DNA from: Desulfobulbaceae bacterium
GTDB taxonomy: Bacteria; Desulfobacterota; Desulfobulbia; Desulfobulbales; SURF-16
Length of the DNA stretch: 64,000 nt
Assembly (NCBI GenBank): GCA_020444175.1
Contig: JAHLLM010000027.1
Coordinates: 3,910 to 67,909, forward strand
Direction of reading: 5' to 3'
Shown here: positions 9,656-20,417 of the stretch, in pieces
Layout: every line of letters starts with the position of its first letter
How positions within the stretch are numbered: position 1 is the stretch's first letter
Made by a program: the position numbers and the translations under genes
The notes under the pieces: model-generated
What the model was told of the DNA's origin: nothing
Database searches by the model: none
Seen by the model: the letters and a program-made list of their open reading frames with translations, nothing else

Positions 9656-9731
9656 TGGTGGGCGGTACAGGGATCGAACCTGTGACCCTCGGCTTGTAAG
9701 GCCGATGCTCTCCCAGCTGAGCTAACCGCCC
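9656..9731 (-). tRNA. tRNA-Val (TAC)
   Basis: Reverse complement GGGCGGTTAGCTCAGCTGGGAGAGCATCGGCCTTACAAGCCGAGGGTCACAGGTTCGATCCCTGTACCGCCCACCA. Anticodon loop CTTACAA. Confidence 0.95.
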
Positions 9732-9747
9732 GTTCAAATGATGGGTC

Positions 9748-9776
9748 TATTTAACAATATCCCCTTCTATAGTCAA
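9748..9776 (-). promoter_or_regulatory. candidate sigma70 promoter for the tRNA-Val/tRNA-Asp unit
   Basis: Minus strand reads TTGACT, a 17-nt spacer, then TAAATA. It ends 16 nt upstream of the tRNA-Val 5' end. Confidence 0.45.
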
Positions 9777-9920
9777 TAAAAAAATTACCTAAAACACATT
9801 AATTTCGCAGAATATTTTTGGTTAATAATACGTATAAAACTATCGTGGAAAACATTTTCAAAAAATGGCCAAAATGCAGCAAAGGAAGGCGCTTTCTAGA
9901 ACAGGAAAATTTGCTCCTTG

Positions 9921-10190
9921 TCATCTGGAAAAAGGATCTTTAATATTATTAATCAGCTTGTAAAGATGAAAGTATGTTGGACACATACAAATCTGCCCAA
10001 AGCCAAATGCAGACCTGTAAGGACAGGATGGAAAAGGCTCAGCACTTTTTAAAAAAACAAGAGGTTCCCCATTAACTCTGTCAATTTCGCATCCATCAGG
10101 ACCGTTACCTTTCCCAGACTTCAAACAAGAAAAATTATGAGTACAATGGTGCGTCTTAAAGAGAATTGGTGAAGGTACTGTATATACCAT
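9921..10190 (-). CDS. hypothetical small Cys/His-rich protein
   Basis: 89-aa ORF with 7 Cys and several His. No recognisable family. It lies alone in an AT-rich intergenic region. Confidence 0.3.
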   Translation of the reverse strand: MVYTVPSPILFKTHHCTHNFSCLKSGKGNGPDGCEIDRVNGEPLVFLKSAEPFPSCPYRSAFGFGQICMCPTYFHLYKLINNIKDPFSR

Positions 10191-10611
10191 AAAAGCACTT
10201 TATCGTTATTTGATTTAATTTAATAATATTAACCAGATATCATATATGCATATGACATTGAACACGACAAAAATATCAACTTTTTTCTCTGTTTCCTAGA
10301 AATGGATGCTACTGACGCCACTTTTTAAAAAACAGGCAACCCACTGAGAACAATAAGAAATTTGAAAACAGCCCCAAAAGGGTTATTTCCCCCGTCCCCT
10401 CTTTTCCCTATGGCAAAATCCCCAATCACAAAAATAGGAATTCCACATACCTGACATTCTACACACGAAAATTCAACACATAACTTGTCGTTAATAAAGG
10501 ATTTTTCATTTTATCAAACTATTATTCCAATTCGGGCCAATACTTGCAGTAAAGAAACAACAAGTGATTATTGCAATTGAGAAAAACACTAATTTAAAAA
10601 AAACACATTTG

Positions 10612-10710
10612 ACGGTTTCGTAAAAACCCCCTCAACCGCCGCCGACAAGTATGTAACTTGTTGATATTTCGTTGGCGGATGGTCAGCTTGAGAGCTTTTT
10701 GCGAGACCAT
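10612..10710 (+). mobile_element. MITE-like element, family C copy 1 (99 bp)
   Basis: Terminal inverted repeats ACGGTTTCGTAAAAAC / ATGGTCTCGCAAAAAG (reverse complement). Perfect 8-bp target-site duplication CACATTTG (10604..10611 and 10711..10718). Homologous copy at 51317..51416. Confidence 0.7.
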
Positions 10711-10759
10711 CACATTTGTGTGATTTTATTTCTATAAACAAATTCGAGAAAGAGTTGTC

Positions 10760-11170
10760 ATGATGGAAACAAATATGGATGCCAAAGAATCAATAAAGCA
10801 AGACCGCAGAAAAGAAAAAAGGTATTTGATGCGCGGAGATACCTTTGCTTTTTTGCGCCCACCTGTAAACAAAATAGGACAACTGATTGACATCAGTATG
10901 ACCGGTCTGGCTTTTAGCTATTTCTCTACAAACGGGGCTTCCTATGAATCAAACGGACTTGATCTCCTTGGGGATGAAGGAATTTATCTTGAAGACATTC
11001 CCTATAGGACTGTAAGTGATTTTATTCTACCGAACGAACAGCCATTCAGTCAAATCACAATGCGGCGACGTTGTATAGAGTTTGGAGAATTGACAGATGA
11101 GCACATCGACAACCTGCGGGCTCTTATAGTAAAATATGGTCTGAAAGAAACAAAAGAGCTAACAAACTAA
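10760..11170 (+). CDS. stand-alone PilZ-domain protein (putative c-di-GMP receptor)
   Basis: RRKEKR (RxxxR) and DISMTGLAF (DxSxxG). Clearly paralogous to 6427..6843 over the N-terminal 60 aa. Confidence 0.8.
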   Translation: MMETNMDAKESIKQDRRKEKRYLMRGDTFAFLRPPVNKIGQLIDISMTGLAFSYFSTNGASYESNGLDLLGDEGIYLEDIPYRTVSDFILPNEQPFSQITMRRRCIEFGELTDEHIDNLRALIVKYGLKETKELTN

Positions 11171-11214
11171 CAATTCGAGGGATATCTCCATACAGATAAT
11201 ACATAGAATAATAT

Positions 11215-11349
11215 GATTACCACTCATCTTCAGCCTTTTTATACGTCATTCCCGCCTTCGCGGGAATGACTTTTGTGTAGACAGTATTTTTTGAATTATT
11301 AATGCATTACAGTACCTGCTGCAAGACTGGCTGAGTTTCAGTGGTAATC
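11215..11349. mobile_element. MITE-like element, family D copy 1, carrying a terminator-like hairpin
   Basis: Terminal inverted repeats GATTACCACTCATCTTCAGCC / GATTACCACTGAAACTCAGCC (reverse complement). 12-bp direct repeat ACATAGAATAAT at 11201..11212 and 11350..11361. Internal perfect 11-bp stem GTCATTCCCGC-CTTC-GCGGGAATGAC (11245..11270) followed by TTTT. Confidence 0.65.
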
Positions 11350-11363
11350 ACATAGAATAATGG

Positions 11364-13778
11364 TTAATGTGCAGAAACATTGGTTTCTGTTTCAACCTGC
11401 GCGAGTTCCGGACAGAATGAATCTGTCACGTCCTCCTTGAAAACACTCTCACCATCTTTTACAGCAAGAGCCCTTTCAAGCACGTCATCCATATGTTCGA
11501 CAAGTTCAATGTCTATTCTTCGCAGGACCTTTGCAGGAATTTCCTTTAGATTCCTTTCATTTTCCCGAGGAATCAAAACATTTTTTATATTGCCCCTCTT
11601 GGCAGCCAGAAGTTTCTCGGTTAAGCCTCCAATCGGAAGAACACGTCCCCGCAAAGTTATTTCACCTGTCATGGCAATATCTTTACGAACCGGAATTCTT
11701 AACAGGGCGGACACCATGGATAATGCCATTGTAATACCTGCCGAAGGTCCATCTTTCGGGATTGCTCCCTCAGGTACATGAACATGGATATCCAGTTTCT
11801 GATAAAAATCGGAAGCAAGGCCAAGACGACTTGCTCGTGTACGGACATAACTGAGAGCTGCCTGGGCAGACTCCTGCATAACATCGCCAAGCTTACCTGT
11901 GATAGTCAGCTTTCCATTGCCCGGCATCAAGACAGTTTCTATCTGCAGCAACTCACCGCCCACCTCTGTCCAGGCAAGTCCGGTGGACAGACCGACCTCA
12001 TCTTTTTCTTCTGCCTGACCATATCGATACCTGGGAACTCCAAGATATTTGGCAATGGATGATTCCGAAACTCTGTACTGTTTGTTTTTCTTTTTCTTCA
12101 AACGGTCACGGGCAATCTTTCGGCAAATACTTGCGATACTTCTCTCAAGATTCCGAACTCCGGCCTCCCGAGTATATCGTCTGACAATTTCACGAATCGA
12201 TCCCTCGTTAAAAGAAATGTCTTTCCCTGCAAAACCATTGTCCTTCAATTGCTTGGGAACAAGATAGCCTTTGGCAATCTGTAACTTGTCCTCTTCCGTA
12301 TAGCCATCAAGCTTTATAATCTCCATTCTATCCTGCAAAGGAGCGGGTATAGAATGGAGATTATTGGCAGTGGTTATAAAAAAGATATCGGACAGGTCGT
12401 AATCAAGATCAAGATAGTGATCGTTAAAACTGTTATTCTGTTCAGGATCAAGAACTTCAAGGAGAGCCGAAGAGGGATCGCCTCTGAAATCCATACTCAT
12501 TTTATCTATTTCATCAAGACAGAAAACAGGGTTGTTCACCTTTGCCTTCTGGAGCGAATTAATGATTTTGCCTGGTAAGGCACCGATATACGTGCGTCTG
12601 TGTCCACGAATTTCAGCCTCATCGCGAACACCGCCAAGGGAAAGGCGGACAAATTTTCGTCCCATGGCCCTGGCCACGGATTTACTTAAAGAAGTTTTTC
12701 CAACCCCTGGAGGACCGACAAGGCACAATATCGGACCCTTGATTTTTTTTACCTGAACCTGAACCGCCAGATATTCAAGTATCCGTTCCTTGGGTTTGGC
12801 GAGACCGTAATGGTCCTCGTTCAGTATCTTTTCTGCTTTGTTGATCTCAATCTTAGCCCTCGTCTTTTCCTGCCAAGGGAGACTGAGAATGGTATCGATG
12901 TAATTGCGAACCACGGTCGCTTCCGCAGACATCGGAGGCATCATCTTCAGCTTTTTAAGTTCCTGTTGCGCCTTTTCACGGGCAGCTTTCGGCATTTTTT
13001 TCTTGGCAATGTGCTGCTCTAACTCCTCCATCTCAGAACTGCTGTCATCCTTGCCGCCGCCAATCTCCTTTTGGATGATACGCATCTGCTCTGCCAGATA
13101 GTAATCCTTCTGGGTTTTTTCCATTTTTTTCTTCACCTGGGACCTGATATTCTGTTCCAGGGAAGCAATCTCACTCTCTTTATGAATGAGGTTTAATACA
13201 AGTTCCATTCGCTCAAGAAGGGGAATGGTACTTAATATGTTTTGTTTTTCCTCAGTGCTGACTGGCAGGTGACCAGCAAGAAAATCAATAAATTTTGCAG
13301 AATTTTCTATTTTCGCAAGTGACTTGATTACCTCATTGGGAATCTTCTTGTTGTGCTTTGTGAACTGCTTGAAAGAAGCGAGTATTTCCCTAATATAGGC
13401 TACAGTCAGGTTATCGGAAAGAATCGTTTCAGGATATTCCTCGACCTCAACCGTGAAATAGTCATGCCCTCCCAGAAAGGAGTCGATTTTGGCGCGCTGT
13501 TTCCCTTCAACCAAGGCTTTGATCGTTCCATCAGGAAGACGTAAAAGCTGGAGGACAGATGCAACAGTGCCTATTTCATGTACACCATCCTCATCAGGAT
13601 CATCGACTGAAGCATCCTTCTGGGTAGTCAAGAAAATGCTGGAACGATTGGACATTGCCTCTTCAAGGGCTTTGATTGATTTCATTCGCCCGACAACAAG
13701 AGGAGCTACCATATAAGGGAACAAAACAATATCCCTCAACGGCATCATGGGATAAATTTTGGTTGCGGAATCAGACAT
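11364..13778 (-). CDS. lon: ATP-dependent Lon protease
   Basis: N-terminal LON domain, Walker [10 protein letters not shown], proteolytic Ser motif [10 protein letters not shown]. 804 aa. Confidence 0.97.
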   Translation of the reverse strand: MSDSATKIYPMMPLRDIVLFPYMVAPLVVGRMKSIKALEEAMSNRSSIFLTTQKDASVDDPDEDGVHEIGTVASVLQLLRLPDGTIKALVEGKQRAKIDSFLGGHDYFTVEVEEYPETILSDNLTVAYIREILASFKQFTKHNKKIPNEVIKSLAKIENSAKFIDFLAGHLPVSTEEKQNILSTIPLLERMELVLNLIHKESEIASLEQNIRSQVKKKMEKTQKDYYLAEQMRIIQKEIGGGKDDSSSEMEELEQHIAKKKMPKAAREKAQQELKKLKMMPPMSAEATVVRNYIDTILSLPWQEKTRAKIEINKAEKILNEDHYGLAKPKERILEYLAVQVQVKKIKGPILCLVGPPGVGKTSLSKSVARAMGRKFVRLSLGGVRDEAEIRGHRRTYIGALPGKIINSLQKAKVNNPVFCLDEIDKMSMDFRGDPSSALLEVLDPEQNNSFNDHYLDLDYDLSDIFFITTANNLHSIPAPLQDRMEIIKLDGYTEEDKLQIAKGYLVPKQLKDNGFAGKDISFNEGSIREIVRRYTREAGVRNLERSIASICRKIARDRLKKKKNKQYRVSESSIAKYLGVPRYRYGQAEEKDEVGLSTGLAWTEVGGELLQIETVLMPGNGKLTITGKLGDVMQESAQAALSYVRTRASRLGLASDFYQKLDIHVHVPEGAIPKDGPSAGITMALSMVSALLRIPVRKDIAMTGEITLRGRVLPIGGLTEKLLAAKRGNIKNVLIPRENERNLKEIPAKVLRRIDIELVEHMDDVLERALAVKDGESVFKEDVTDSFCPELAQVETETNVSAH

Positions 13779-13829
13779 ATTTAAAATAGAAAAAAATTAT
13801 ATATTAATTTGAAATTAATCGTACTTCTA

Positions 13830-15089
13830 TCAGGCACTCTTTTTTGTTTCATTTTCATAGAGTACAACAGGGTAATCACCATTCAGGATGACCTGTTCGC
13901 TGATAACACATTCTTTCACATTTGACTCGGAAGGAAGCTCATACATAATCTCCAGCATGGCCTTTTCCATAACTGAGCGTAACCCGCGGGCTCCTGATTT
14001 ACGTTTCAAAGCCTCTTGGGCAATTGCAGTCAGAGCCCCTTCTGTAAATCGCAGCCGCACATCTTCAAACTCAAAAAGTTTTTCATACTGTTTGGTTAAA
14101 GCATTTTTGGGCTCTTTCAGAATCCTGACAAGATCCTCTTCTTCAAGCTCTTCCATGGTGGCTATAACCGGAAGTCGACCGACAAGCTCCGGAATCAAAC
14201 CAAACTGCAGCAGATCTTCAGGCTGGACACCAGCGATTATCTCACCCATTTTCTTCTTGGGATCACCAACGACCTGAGCCCCAAATCCCATTGATTTGGT
14301 TCCTGTTCTCCGTTTTACAACCTTTTCCAGGCCAACAAAGGCACCACCGCAAATAAACAGAATGTTCGATGTGTCTATGCGGACATAATCCTGCTGGGGA
14401 TGCTTTCTACCGCCCTTCGGAGGTATGCTGGCAACAGTTCCTTCAATAATTTTAAGAAGGGCCTGCTGTACTCCTTCGCCGGAAACATCCCTGGTTATCG
14501 AGGCGCTGTCGGACTTTCTGGCAATCTTGTCTATTTCATCAATATAGACAATACCTCGACTGGCGCGCTCAAGATCATGGTCAGCAGCCTGGAGAAGGTT
14601 CACCAGAATATTCTCCACATCCTCACCGACATAGCCGGCCTCAGTAAGCGTAGTGGCATCCGCAATAGCAAAAGGGACATTCAGGACCTTTGCCAGGGTC
14701 TGGGCAAGAAGAGTTTTGCCGCTTCCGGTCGGACCAATAAGAATAATGTTGCTCTTTTGCAGTTCAACATCGTTGTCTTTAATGTTGAATTGCGACTCCA
14801 CGCGCTTATAATGATTATGTACGGCGACAGATAAAATACGTTTGGCCAGATCCTGTCCGATGACGTATTGATCAATATGCCCTTTAATCTCACGCGGTTT
14901 GAGAACAACTCCACCCGTCTGATCATCAAGTTCCTGCAAACGGTCTTCACTGACAATCTCATTACAGAGATCAATACACTCGTCGCAGATATATACATTG
15001 GGACCAGCAATGAGTTTTTTTACCTCGTCCTGGCTTTTTCCACAAAAGGAACAGATTACATCGATTTCGTTATTATGGTCTTCAGCCAT
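13830..15089 (-). CDS. clpX: ATP-dependent Clp protease ATP-binding subunit ClpX
   Basis: N-terminal zinc finger CSFCGK..CDEC, Walker [12 protein letters not shown]. 419 aa. Confidence 0.97.
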   Translation of the reverse strand: MAEDHNNEIDVICSFCGKSQDEVKKLIAGPNVYICDECIDLCNEIVSEDRLQELDDQTGGVVLKPREIKGHIDQYVIGQDLAKRILSVAVHNHYKRVESQFNIKDNDVELQKSNIILIGPTGSGKTLLAQTLAKVLNVPFAIADATTLTEAGYVGEDVENILVNLLQAADHDLERASRGIVYIDEIDKIARKSDSASITRDVSGEGVQQALLKIIEGTVASIPPKGGRKHPQQDYVRIDTSNILFICGGAFVGLEKVVKRRTGTKSMGFGAQVVGDPKKKMGEIIAGVQPEDLLQFGLIPELVGRLPVIATMEELEEEDLVRILKEPKNALTKQYEKLFEFEDVRLRFTEGALTAIAQEALKRKSGARGLRSVMEKAMLEIMYELPSESNVKECVISEQVILNGDYPVVLYENETKKSA

Positions 15090-15092
15090 GCA

Positions 15093-15698
15093 TCAGTCCT
15101 CCTCGTCAAGTGAAGGTTCCCGCTTGACTAGAACTTTATCAATAAGCCCGTATTCCTTGGCTTCTTCAGCACTAAGGAAATAATCTCTTTCCGTATCAGC
15201 CCTAATTCTTTCAATAGGCTGGCCAGTATGCTCAGCAAGAAGATTGTTCAGATCTTCCCGCATTCGTAAAATTTCACGGGCATGAATATCTATATCACTT
15301 GCCTGTCCCTGATAGCCGCCCATCGGCTGATGTATCAATATCCTTGAATTAGGCAGAGCATATCGTTTTCCAGGTGTCCCTGCTGAGAGCAGAAAAGCGC
15401 CCATACTTGCAGCCTGCCCCATACAAAGTGTGGCAATATCACATTTAATATAGCGCATTGTATCATAAATGGCCAGACCTGCGGTAACAACACCGCCGGG
15501 AGAATTGATATAAAAAGTAATATCTTTATCAGGATCTTCCGCTTCAAGAAAAAGAAGCTGAGCGATAATGACATTCGCTATATCATCACTGACAGCAGTA
15601 CCAAGAAAAATGATCCTTTCTTTTAAGAGCCTTGAGTAGATATCATATGCACGCTCACCACGGGGACTTTGCTCAACTACCATTGGAATCAAACTCAT
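15093..15698 (-). CDS. clpP: ATP-dependent Clp protease proteolytic subunit
   Basis: [11 protein letters not shown] (catalytic Ser) and IHQP (His). 201 aa. Overlaps the tig stop by 4 bp. Confidence 0.97.
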   Translation of the reverse strand: MSLIPMVVEQSPRGERAYDIYSRLLKERIIFLGTAVSDDIANVIIAQLLFLEAEDPDKDITFYINSPGGVVTAGLAIYDTMRYIKCDIATLCMGQAASMGAFLLSAGTPGKRYALPNSRILIHQPMGGYQGQASDIDIHAREILRMREDLNNLLAEHTGQPIERIRADTERDYFLSAEEAKEYGLIDKVLVKREPSLDEED

Positions 15699-17026
15699 TC
15701 GGTGTCACCTGACTTTGAAGCTTCCTCTTTGTTAGAATCAGCAGCTACTTCTTTAACAACAGCGTTTTCTCGCAGAAATTCGACAATTTTCTCACTGAGC
15801 AGTTCATTCATAAACGGCAGCAGATCATTGCGACTTTGGAAAAACTTTTTCACTTCATCAACAGGCATGCCATATTGCTGGGAAATACGCTCAAAGGCCT
15901 GACGGAGATCATCATCGGAAATTTTGATCTCTTCAACTTCAGCAATTTTCTTCAGGATAAAATCTCCACGAATCCTTTTTTCAGCACCGTCCTGATAATC
16001 ATTGATCAATTTTTCCTGACTCAACCCTGCGGACTCCAGTGTCAATCCCTGTTTTTGAAGCTGTTCTTCAAGCTGTTTGATCTGTTCCGCAACTTCCTGG
16101 GCTATCAGCTTCTTGGGAACTTCGAAATCATGCTTCTCAAGGATCTTCATCATCACTTGATCCGTCAAGTCACCAATGCGGGCTTCGGTTTTCTGTTTTT
16201 CTATTTTTTTGCTGAGATGCTCTCTCAAGGCAGCCAAATCTTCGAATTCTTCACCAACATCTTTGGCAAAATCATCGTCTATTTCAGGGAGAACCCTTTC
16301 TTTAATTTCCTTAACCTTAATTTTAAATTCAACGTTTTTGCCTGCCATAACTGGATTTGGAAAATCTGCGGGGAACGCAACTTCCTTGCTGCCCTCATCG
16401 CCTTTTTTCAAACCGATACACGCCTGTTCAAACTCAATTCCATTTCTTCCGGAACCAATTTCAACGGAATAATTTTCACCTTTGACCTGTTTTATCGGCT
16501 CCCCACCATCATATCCCTGAAAATCAACAACAACGAGATCATTGAGTTCAACGGCCCTGTCATCAACATTCCGCAGAGGGGCGATTTCCTTTCGCATGGA
16601 TTCAATTTCAGTATCAATAGCATCATCCGTCACAACTATTTCCGGCAGCTCAACTTCAATACCTTTATATTCACCAAGCTCAAAAACTGGTTTAACATCA
16701 ATTTCCGCTTCATAAATAAAAGTTCCATCATCAGCAAAAGTATGACTTTTTATATCAGGATGAACTACAGGCTCACATTTTGTCTGCTCAAGGGCATCGA
16801 AATATGTATCCTGAACCAACTTTTCACCCACTTCCATTTTCACCCGCTCACCATAACTCTTTTCAAGAACTTTACGGGGTACCTTTCCTTTCCTGAATCC
16901 TTTGAGAGAAACATCAGATTTTAATTTCTTGAAAGCATTCTCAATTTTTTTGGAAACAACATCTTCGGGAATAACTATTTTTAAAGTTTTAGTAAGTGTG
17001 CTTACATCTTCAACGCTAACCTGCAT
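15695..17026 (-). CDS. tig: trigger factor
   Basis: N-terminal GFRKGKVP ribosome-binding motif and a central FKBP-type region. Canonical tig-clpP-clpX-lon order. Confidence 0.96.
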   Translation of the reverse strand: MQVSVEDVSTLTKTLKIVIPEDVVSKKIENAFKKLKSDVSLKGFRKGKVPRKVLEKSYGERVKMEVGEKLVQDTYFDALEQTKCEPVVHPDIKSHTFADDGTFIYEAEIDVKPVFELGEYKGIEVELPEIVVTDDAIDTEIESMRKEIAPLRNVDDRAVELNDLVVVDFQGYDGGEPIKQVKGENYSVEIGSGRNGIEFEQACIGLKKGDEGSKEVAFPADFPNPVMAGKNVEFKIKVKEIKERVLPEIDDDFAKDVGEEFEDLAALREHLSKKIEKQKTEARIGDLTDQVMMKILEKHDFEVPKKLIAQEVAEQIKQLEEQLQKQGLTLESAGLSQEKLINDYQDGAEKRIRGDFILKKIAEVEEIKISDDDLRQAFERISQQYGMPVDEVKKFFQSRNDLLPFMNELLSEKIVEFLRENAVVKEVAADSNKEEASKSGDTE

Positions 17027-17341
17027 ATGATACCGTCCTTAAAAGTCTAAAGTGTGAATGATATGTCGAATATTGATTGACAAGATAAAATGGCGTTAAA
17101 CAACGCATAATTATACATAAATCTCACAGCCGTTTGGAGATGCGTTCATAAAAAAAGCTGGGCATTCTCCAGATGCGGCTTCCGGGCCGTCACTCCAGAG
17201 CGGGGTTGCTTATGGACCAACTATGGTAATTTAAGTGTGATGCGACACGAAACCCAAGTCTGTAATTCATCATACTTGCTAAGAGAATAAAAAGGCAAAG
17301 GGAAAGTAAGCCCTTTGCCTTAACATATGACCCCTGTAAAC

Positions 17342-17426
<85 letters not shown>

Positions 17427-17435
17427 ATTTCATGA

Positions 17436-17464
17436 AAAATAAACAACTTTATCTCGACAGTCAA
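17436..17464 (-). promoter_or_regulatory. candidate sigma70 promoter for tRNA-Leu
   Basis: Minus strand reads TTGACT, a 17-nt spacer, then TATTTT. It ends 9 nt upstream of the tRNA 5' end. Same -35 hexamer and spacing as the tRNA-Val promoter candidate. Confidence 0.4.
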
Positions 17465-17648
17465 GTCCAGCTCTCCCTTAATCTTACTTATTTTTTTACA
17501 AAACTGAATTAAACCTTTTTGTATTTTTACTTTTCGAACTCATTTACGCTTTGCACTTTGAATCTTTTAGAGGTAAGTTATTTTGCTTTTACCTCAATTA
17601 CGGTTGAAATAGAATTTGTTTTTCTCTCTTTATGTAAAGGATTGAACA

Positions 17649-18746
17649 ATGTCCTCGATACAGAATTCTGATTACCCCTTGTCATTTCAGGCTGACGGAC
17701 ATGCTACTCTTATTGGCAGCATCCCTTTGTTCAGTCATGACGAAGCCCTGGAGCTTATTTTTAAATACACACCCAATATTCCCCTTTGGCCGCAACTCCC
17801 AGGCAACCGACTTGAAGGAATGCTCACTCAGTTTAATGAAGGACTACCTTGTCTCGAATCTGACGGGTCAAAAACTTTCTTTAATACGGTGTCCGACAAT
17901 TTTGAAAGTGATCAGCTTTCTTTTTTTGAAGAATATCTCGAAGTTGCTGAAAACGTGGACCTCTTGCAGGATTCCCGTTTCAAGGTCACCCGCGGTTATG
18001 CAGAAGGACTTTACAAGCTGGCCGACAGTGCAGCCGACAACAAAGATATTATAGCCTTAAAGGGACAGATCACAGGTCCTTTCACCTTACTGACAGGCAT
18101 TCCGGACCAGGACAACAGGGCAGGATATTACAATCCGTTAATCCGCGAAATGATTACCAAAGGACTTGCAGTAAAGGCAGCCTGGCAGGTTTCTTTTTTA
18201 AGAAAACTTGGCAAACCGGTCATTATTTTTATTGATGAACCAGCCCTTGCCGGACTCGGCTCTTCATCGTTTATCAGCATCTCCAAAGAAGATATTGCCC
18301 AGGACCAGAACGAGATGATAGAGGCAATTCACAATGCCGGCGGTCTTGCAGGGATCCATGTCTGCGCCAATACGGACTGGCCCCTTCTTCTTTCTTTGGA
18401 TTTTGACATCCTGAACTTTGACGCATATGGCTTTTTCGACCGTTTAATTTCATGCAAAGATGATGTATACAACTTTCTTGAACGAGGCAAAATAATAGCA
18501 TGGGGCATTGTTCCCACCTCGGAGCAGGAACATATTGAACGCGAAACCTCTGAATCCCTCGTCTCCCGCTGGGAAGATCAGGCAGGACAGCTTGTTAATG
18601 AAGAGTGGGATCTGCCGGACATATTAAAACAAAGTTTGATTACACCCAGTTGCGGTACAGGATCACTTACACCTCAGTTGGCAGAAAATGTACTGCAAAT
18701 GACTCAGGAGGTTTCCGCGACCTTGCGAAAAAAATATCTCAGTTAA
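17649..18746 (+). CDS. MetE catalytic-domain-like (CIMS / URO-D-like family) putative Zn-dependent methyltransferase
   Basis: IFIDEPALAGLG resembles MetE IQIDEPAL. HVCAN resembles the HMC zinc ligands, and ITPSCGTG resembles MetE PDCG. Only 365 aa, so it is single-domain. Confidence 0.5.
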   Translation: MSSIQNSDYPLSFQADGHATLIGSIPLFSHDEALELIFKYTPNIPLWPQLPGNRLEGMLTQFNEGLPCLESDGSKTFFNTVSDNFESDQLSFFEEYLEVAENVDLLQDSRFKVTRGYAEGLYKLADSAADNKDIIALKGQITGPFTLLTGIPDQDNRAGYYNPLIREMITKGLAVKAAWQVSFLRKLGKPVIIFIDEPALAGLGSSSFISISKEDIAQDQNEMIEAIHNAGGLAGIHVCANTDWPLLLSLDFDILNFDAYGFFDRLISCKDDVYNFLERGKIIAWGIVPTSEQEHIERETSESLVSRWEDQAGQLVNEEWDLPDILKQSLITPSCGTGSLTPQLAENVLQMTQEVSATLRKKYLS

Positions 18747-18920
18747 CCAATTCTTCGTTGCATGCTTCAAACGATCAAATCAAATTTCGGAAATTTAACA
18801 ACGCAACAATAGATTAATACTTTCAACTTTCATTCACCCTCCACTGAACAAATGTTGTGGAAGAAAAAAAGAAAACATTTACTTCAATTTGTACGTAAGT
18901 AATGTTGTGAAATAGCCTTT

Positions 18921-20414
18921 TTGGATAAAATTATGACAGAAGAACTGAACCAGGTATTAAAACAAAGAAGACAAAAAGCAAAAGAACTTGCAGAAATGCA
19001 GGTCGAGCTTTATTCAAATAATTTCAAACCAACGCATCATGTGACAGATGTGCTGCCTAAAGACACAGACATCGATACTCCTCTTCAGGAAGGATCAATG
19101 TCTCTTGCCGGGCGAATAATTGCCATTCGCAAATTTGGTAAGGCTGCCTTCCTGCAAATTCAGGATGAAACAGGACGTATGCAGGTTTATATTAAAAAAG
19201 ATGTGGTGGGACCTGAGACATTCCTTGTTTTCAAAAAACTCGACATAGGCGACATTGCCGGCTTTACCGGCACTCTCTTCCGTACCAAAACCAATGAACC
19301 GACTTTGCAGGTAACTTCATTTCAGCCTATTGCAAAGTCTCTCCGCCCTCTTCCCGAAAAATTTCACGGTCTTACAGATGTTGAAATTCGTTATCGCCAG
19401 CGCTATGTGGATTTGATCGTCAATCCTGAGGTTCGGGAAACCTTCAGGAAAAGAGTGGAAATCATCAGGCTGGTTCGAGACTTTCTCGTGAATCGGGGCT
19501 TTATGGAAGTTGAAACGCCTATGATGCAGCCCATTGCAGGCGGGGCCACGGCAAAACCTTTCAAAACCCACCATAACGCCTTGAACATGGACCTGTATCT
19601 GCGTATTGCTCCTGAGCTTTACCTGAAAAGGCTTCTGGTCGGAGGTTTTGAGAAAGTTTTTGAAATTAATCGAAATTTCAGAAATGAAGGTCTCTCAACA
19701 CGGCATAACCCCGAATTTACCATGCTGGAGTTTTATCAATCCTATGCAACATATCATGACCTGATGGACCTGACGGAAGAGATGATATCATGGATAGCCG
19801 CTGAAGTATGTGGAACCATGCAGGTCAAGTATCAAGGGGCAGAAATCGATCTTTCTCCTCCCTGGAAAAGGATCACAATGGACGAAGCACTGGTGGAAAT
19901 TGGTGGTGTCGAGGAATCCATTCTGCAGGATTCTGAAAAAGTTATCCAACTGGCGAAAGATAAAGGTATTGAACTTGAATCAACTGCCGGGCCGGGAAAG
20001 GCCAAAACAGAACTATTTGAACTGCTGGTTGAGGAAAAACTGATTGACCCGACTTTTATTACAGAATATCCGACAGAAATTTCCCCTCTTGCCCGAAGAA
20101 ATTCTGAAAATCCAGAGGTGACTGACCGTTTTGAACTTTTTATAACCGGTCGGGAAATGGCCAACGCCTTCAGCGAATTAAATGACCCTATTGATCAACT
20201 GCAACGCCTTGAAAAACAGATTGATGAACGCGGTGATGATGAGGAAATTTTTCCGGAACTTGACCGTGATTTTGTCAGGGCACTTGAATACGGAATGCCT
20301 TCGGCAGCAGGAGAAGGAATCGGCATAGATCGCCTTGTCATGCTTCTTACCGACGCTCCATCAATAAGGGACGTCATCCTCTTCCCCCACCTGAGGCCGG
20401 AAAAAACAGTTTAA
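18921..20414 (+). CDS. lysS: lysine--tRNA ligase, class II
   Basis: OB-fold N-terminal domain and class II motifs (FRNEG, GEGIGIDRLVMLLT). The ORF track start at 18921 is TTG; the first ATG at 18933 is an alternative start. Confidence 0.96.
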   Translation: MDKIMTEELNQVLKQRRQKAKELAEMQVELYSNNFKPTHHVTDVLPKDTDIDTPLQEGSMSLAGRIIAIRKFGKAAFLQIQDETGRMQVYIKKDVVGPETFLVFKKLDIGDIAGFTGTLFRTKTNEPTLQVTSFQPIAKSLRPLPEKFHGLTDVEIRYRQRYVDLIVNPEVRETFRKRVEIIRLVRDFLVNRGFMEVETPMMQPIAGGATAKPFKTHHNALNMDLYLRIAPELYLKRLLVGGFEKVFEINRNFRNEGLSTRHNPEFTMLEFYQSYATYHDLMDLTEEMISWIAAEVCGTMQVKYQGAEIDLSPPWKRITMDEALVEIGGVEESILQDSEKVIQLAKDKGIELESTAGPGKAKTELFELLVEEKLIDPTFITEYPTEISPLARRNSENPEVTDRFELFITGREMANAFSELNDPIDQLQRLEKQIDERGDDEEIFPELDRDFVRALEYGMPSAAGEGIGIDRLVMLLTDAPSIRDVILFPHLRPEKTV

Positions 20415-20417
20415 ATT

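Noticed and set aside
9467-9725. ORFs 9467..9652 (-) and 9477..9725 (+).
   Set aside because: They overlap tRNA-Asp and tRNA-Val and are spurious.
15836-16924. 362-aa plus-strand ORF.
   Set aside because: It is antisense to tig. Its F/L/N-rich low-complexity translation mirrors the E/K-rich trigger factor. No start context or motifs.
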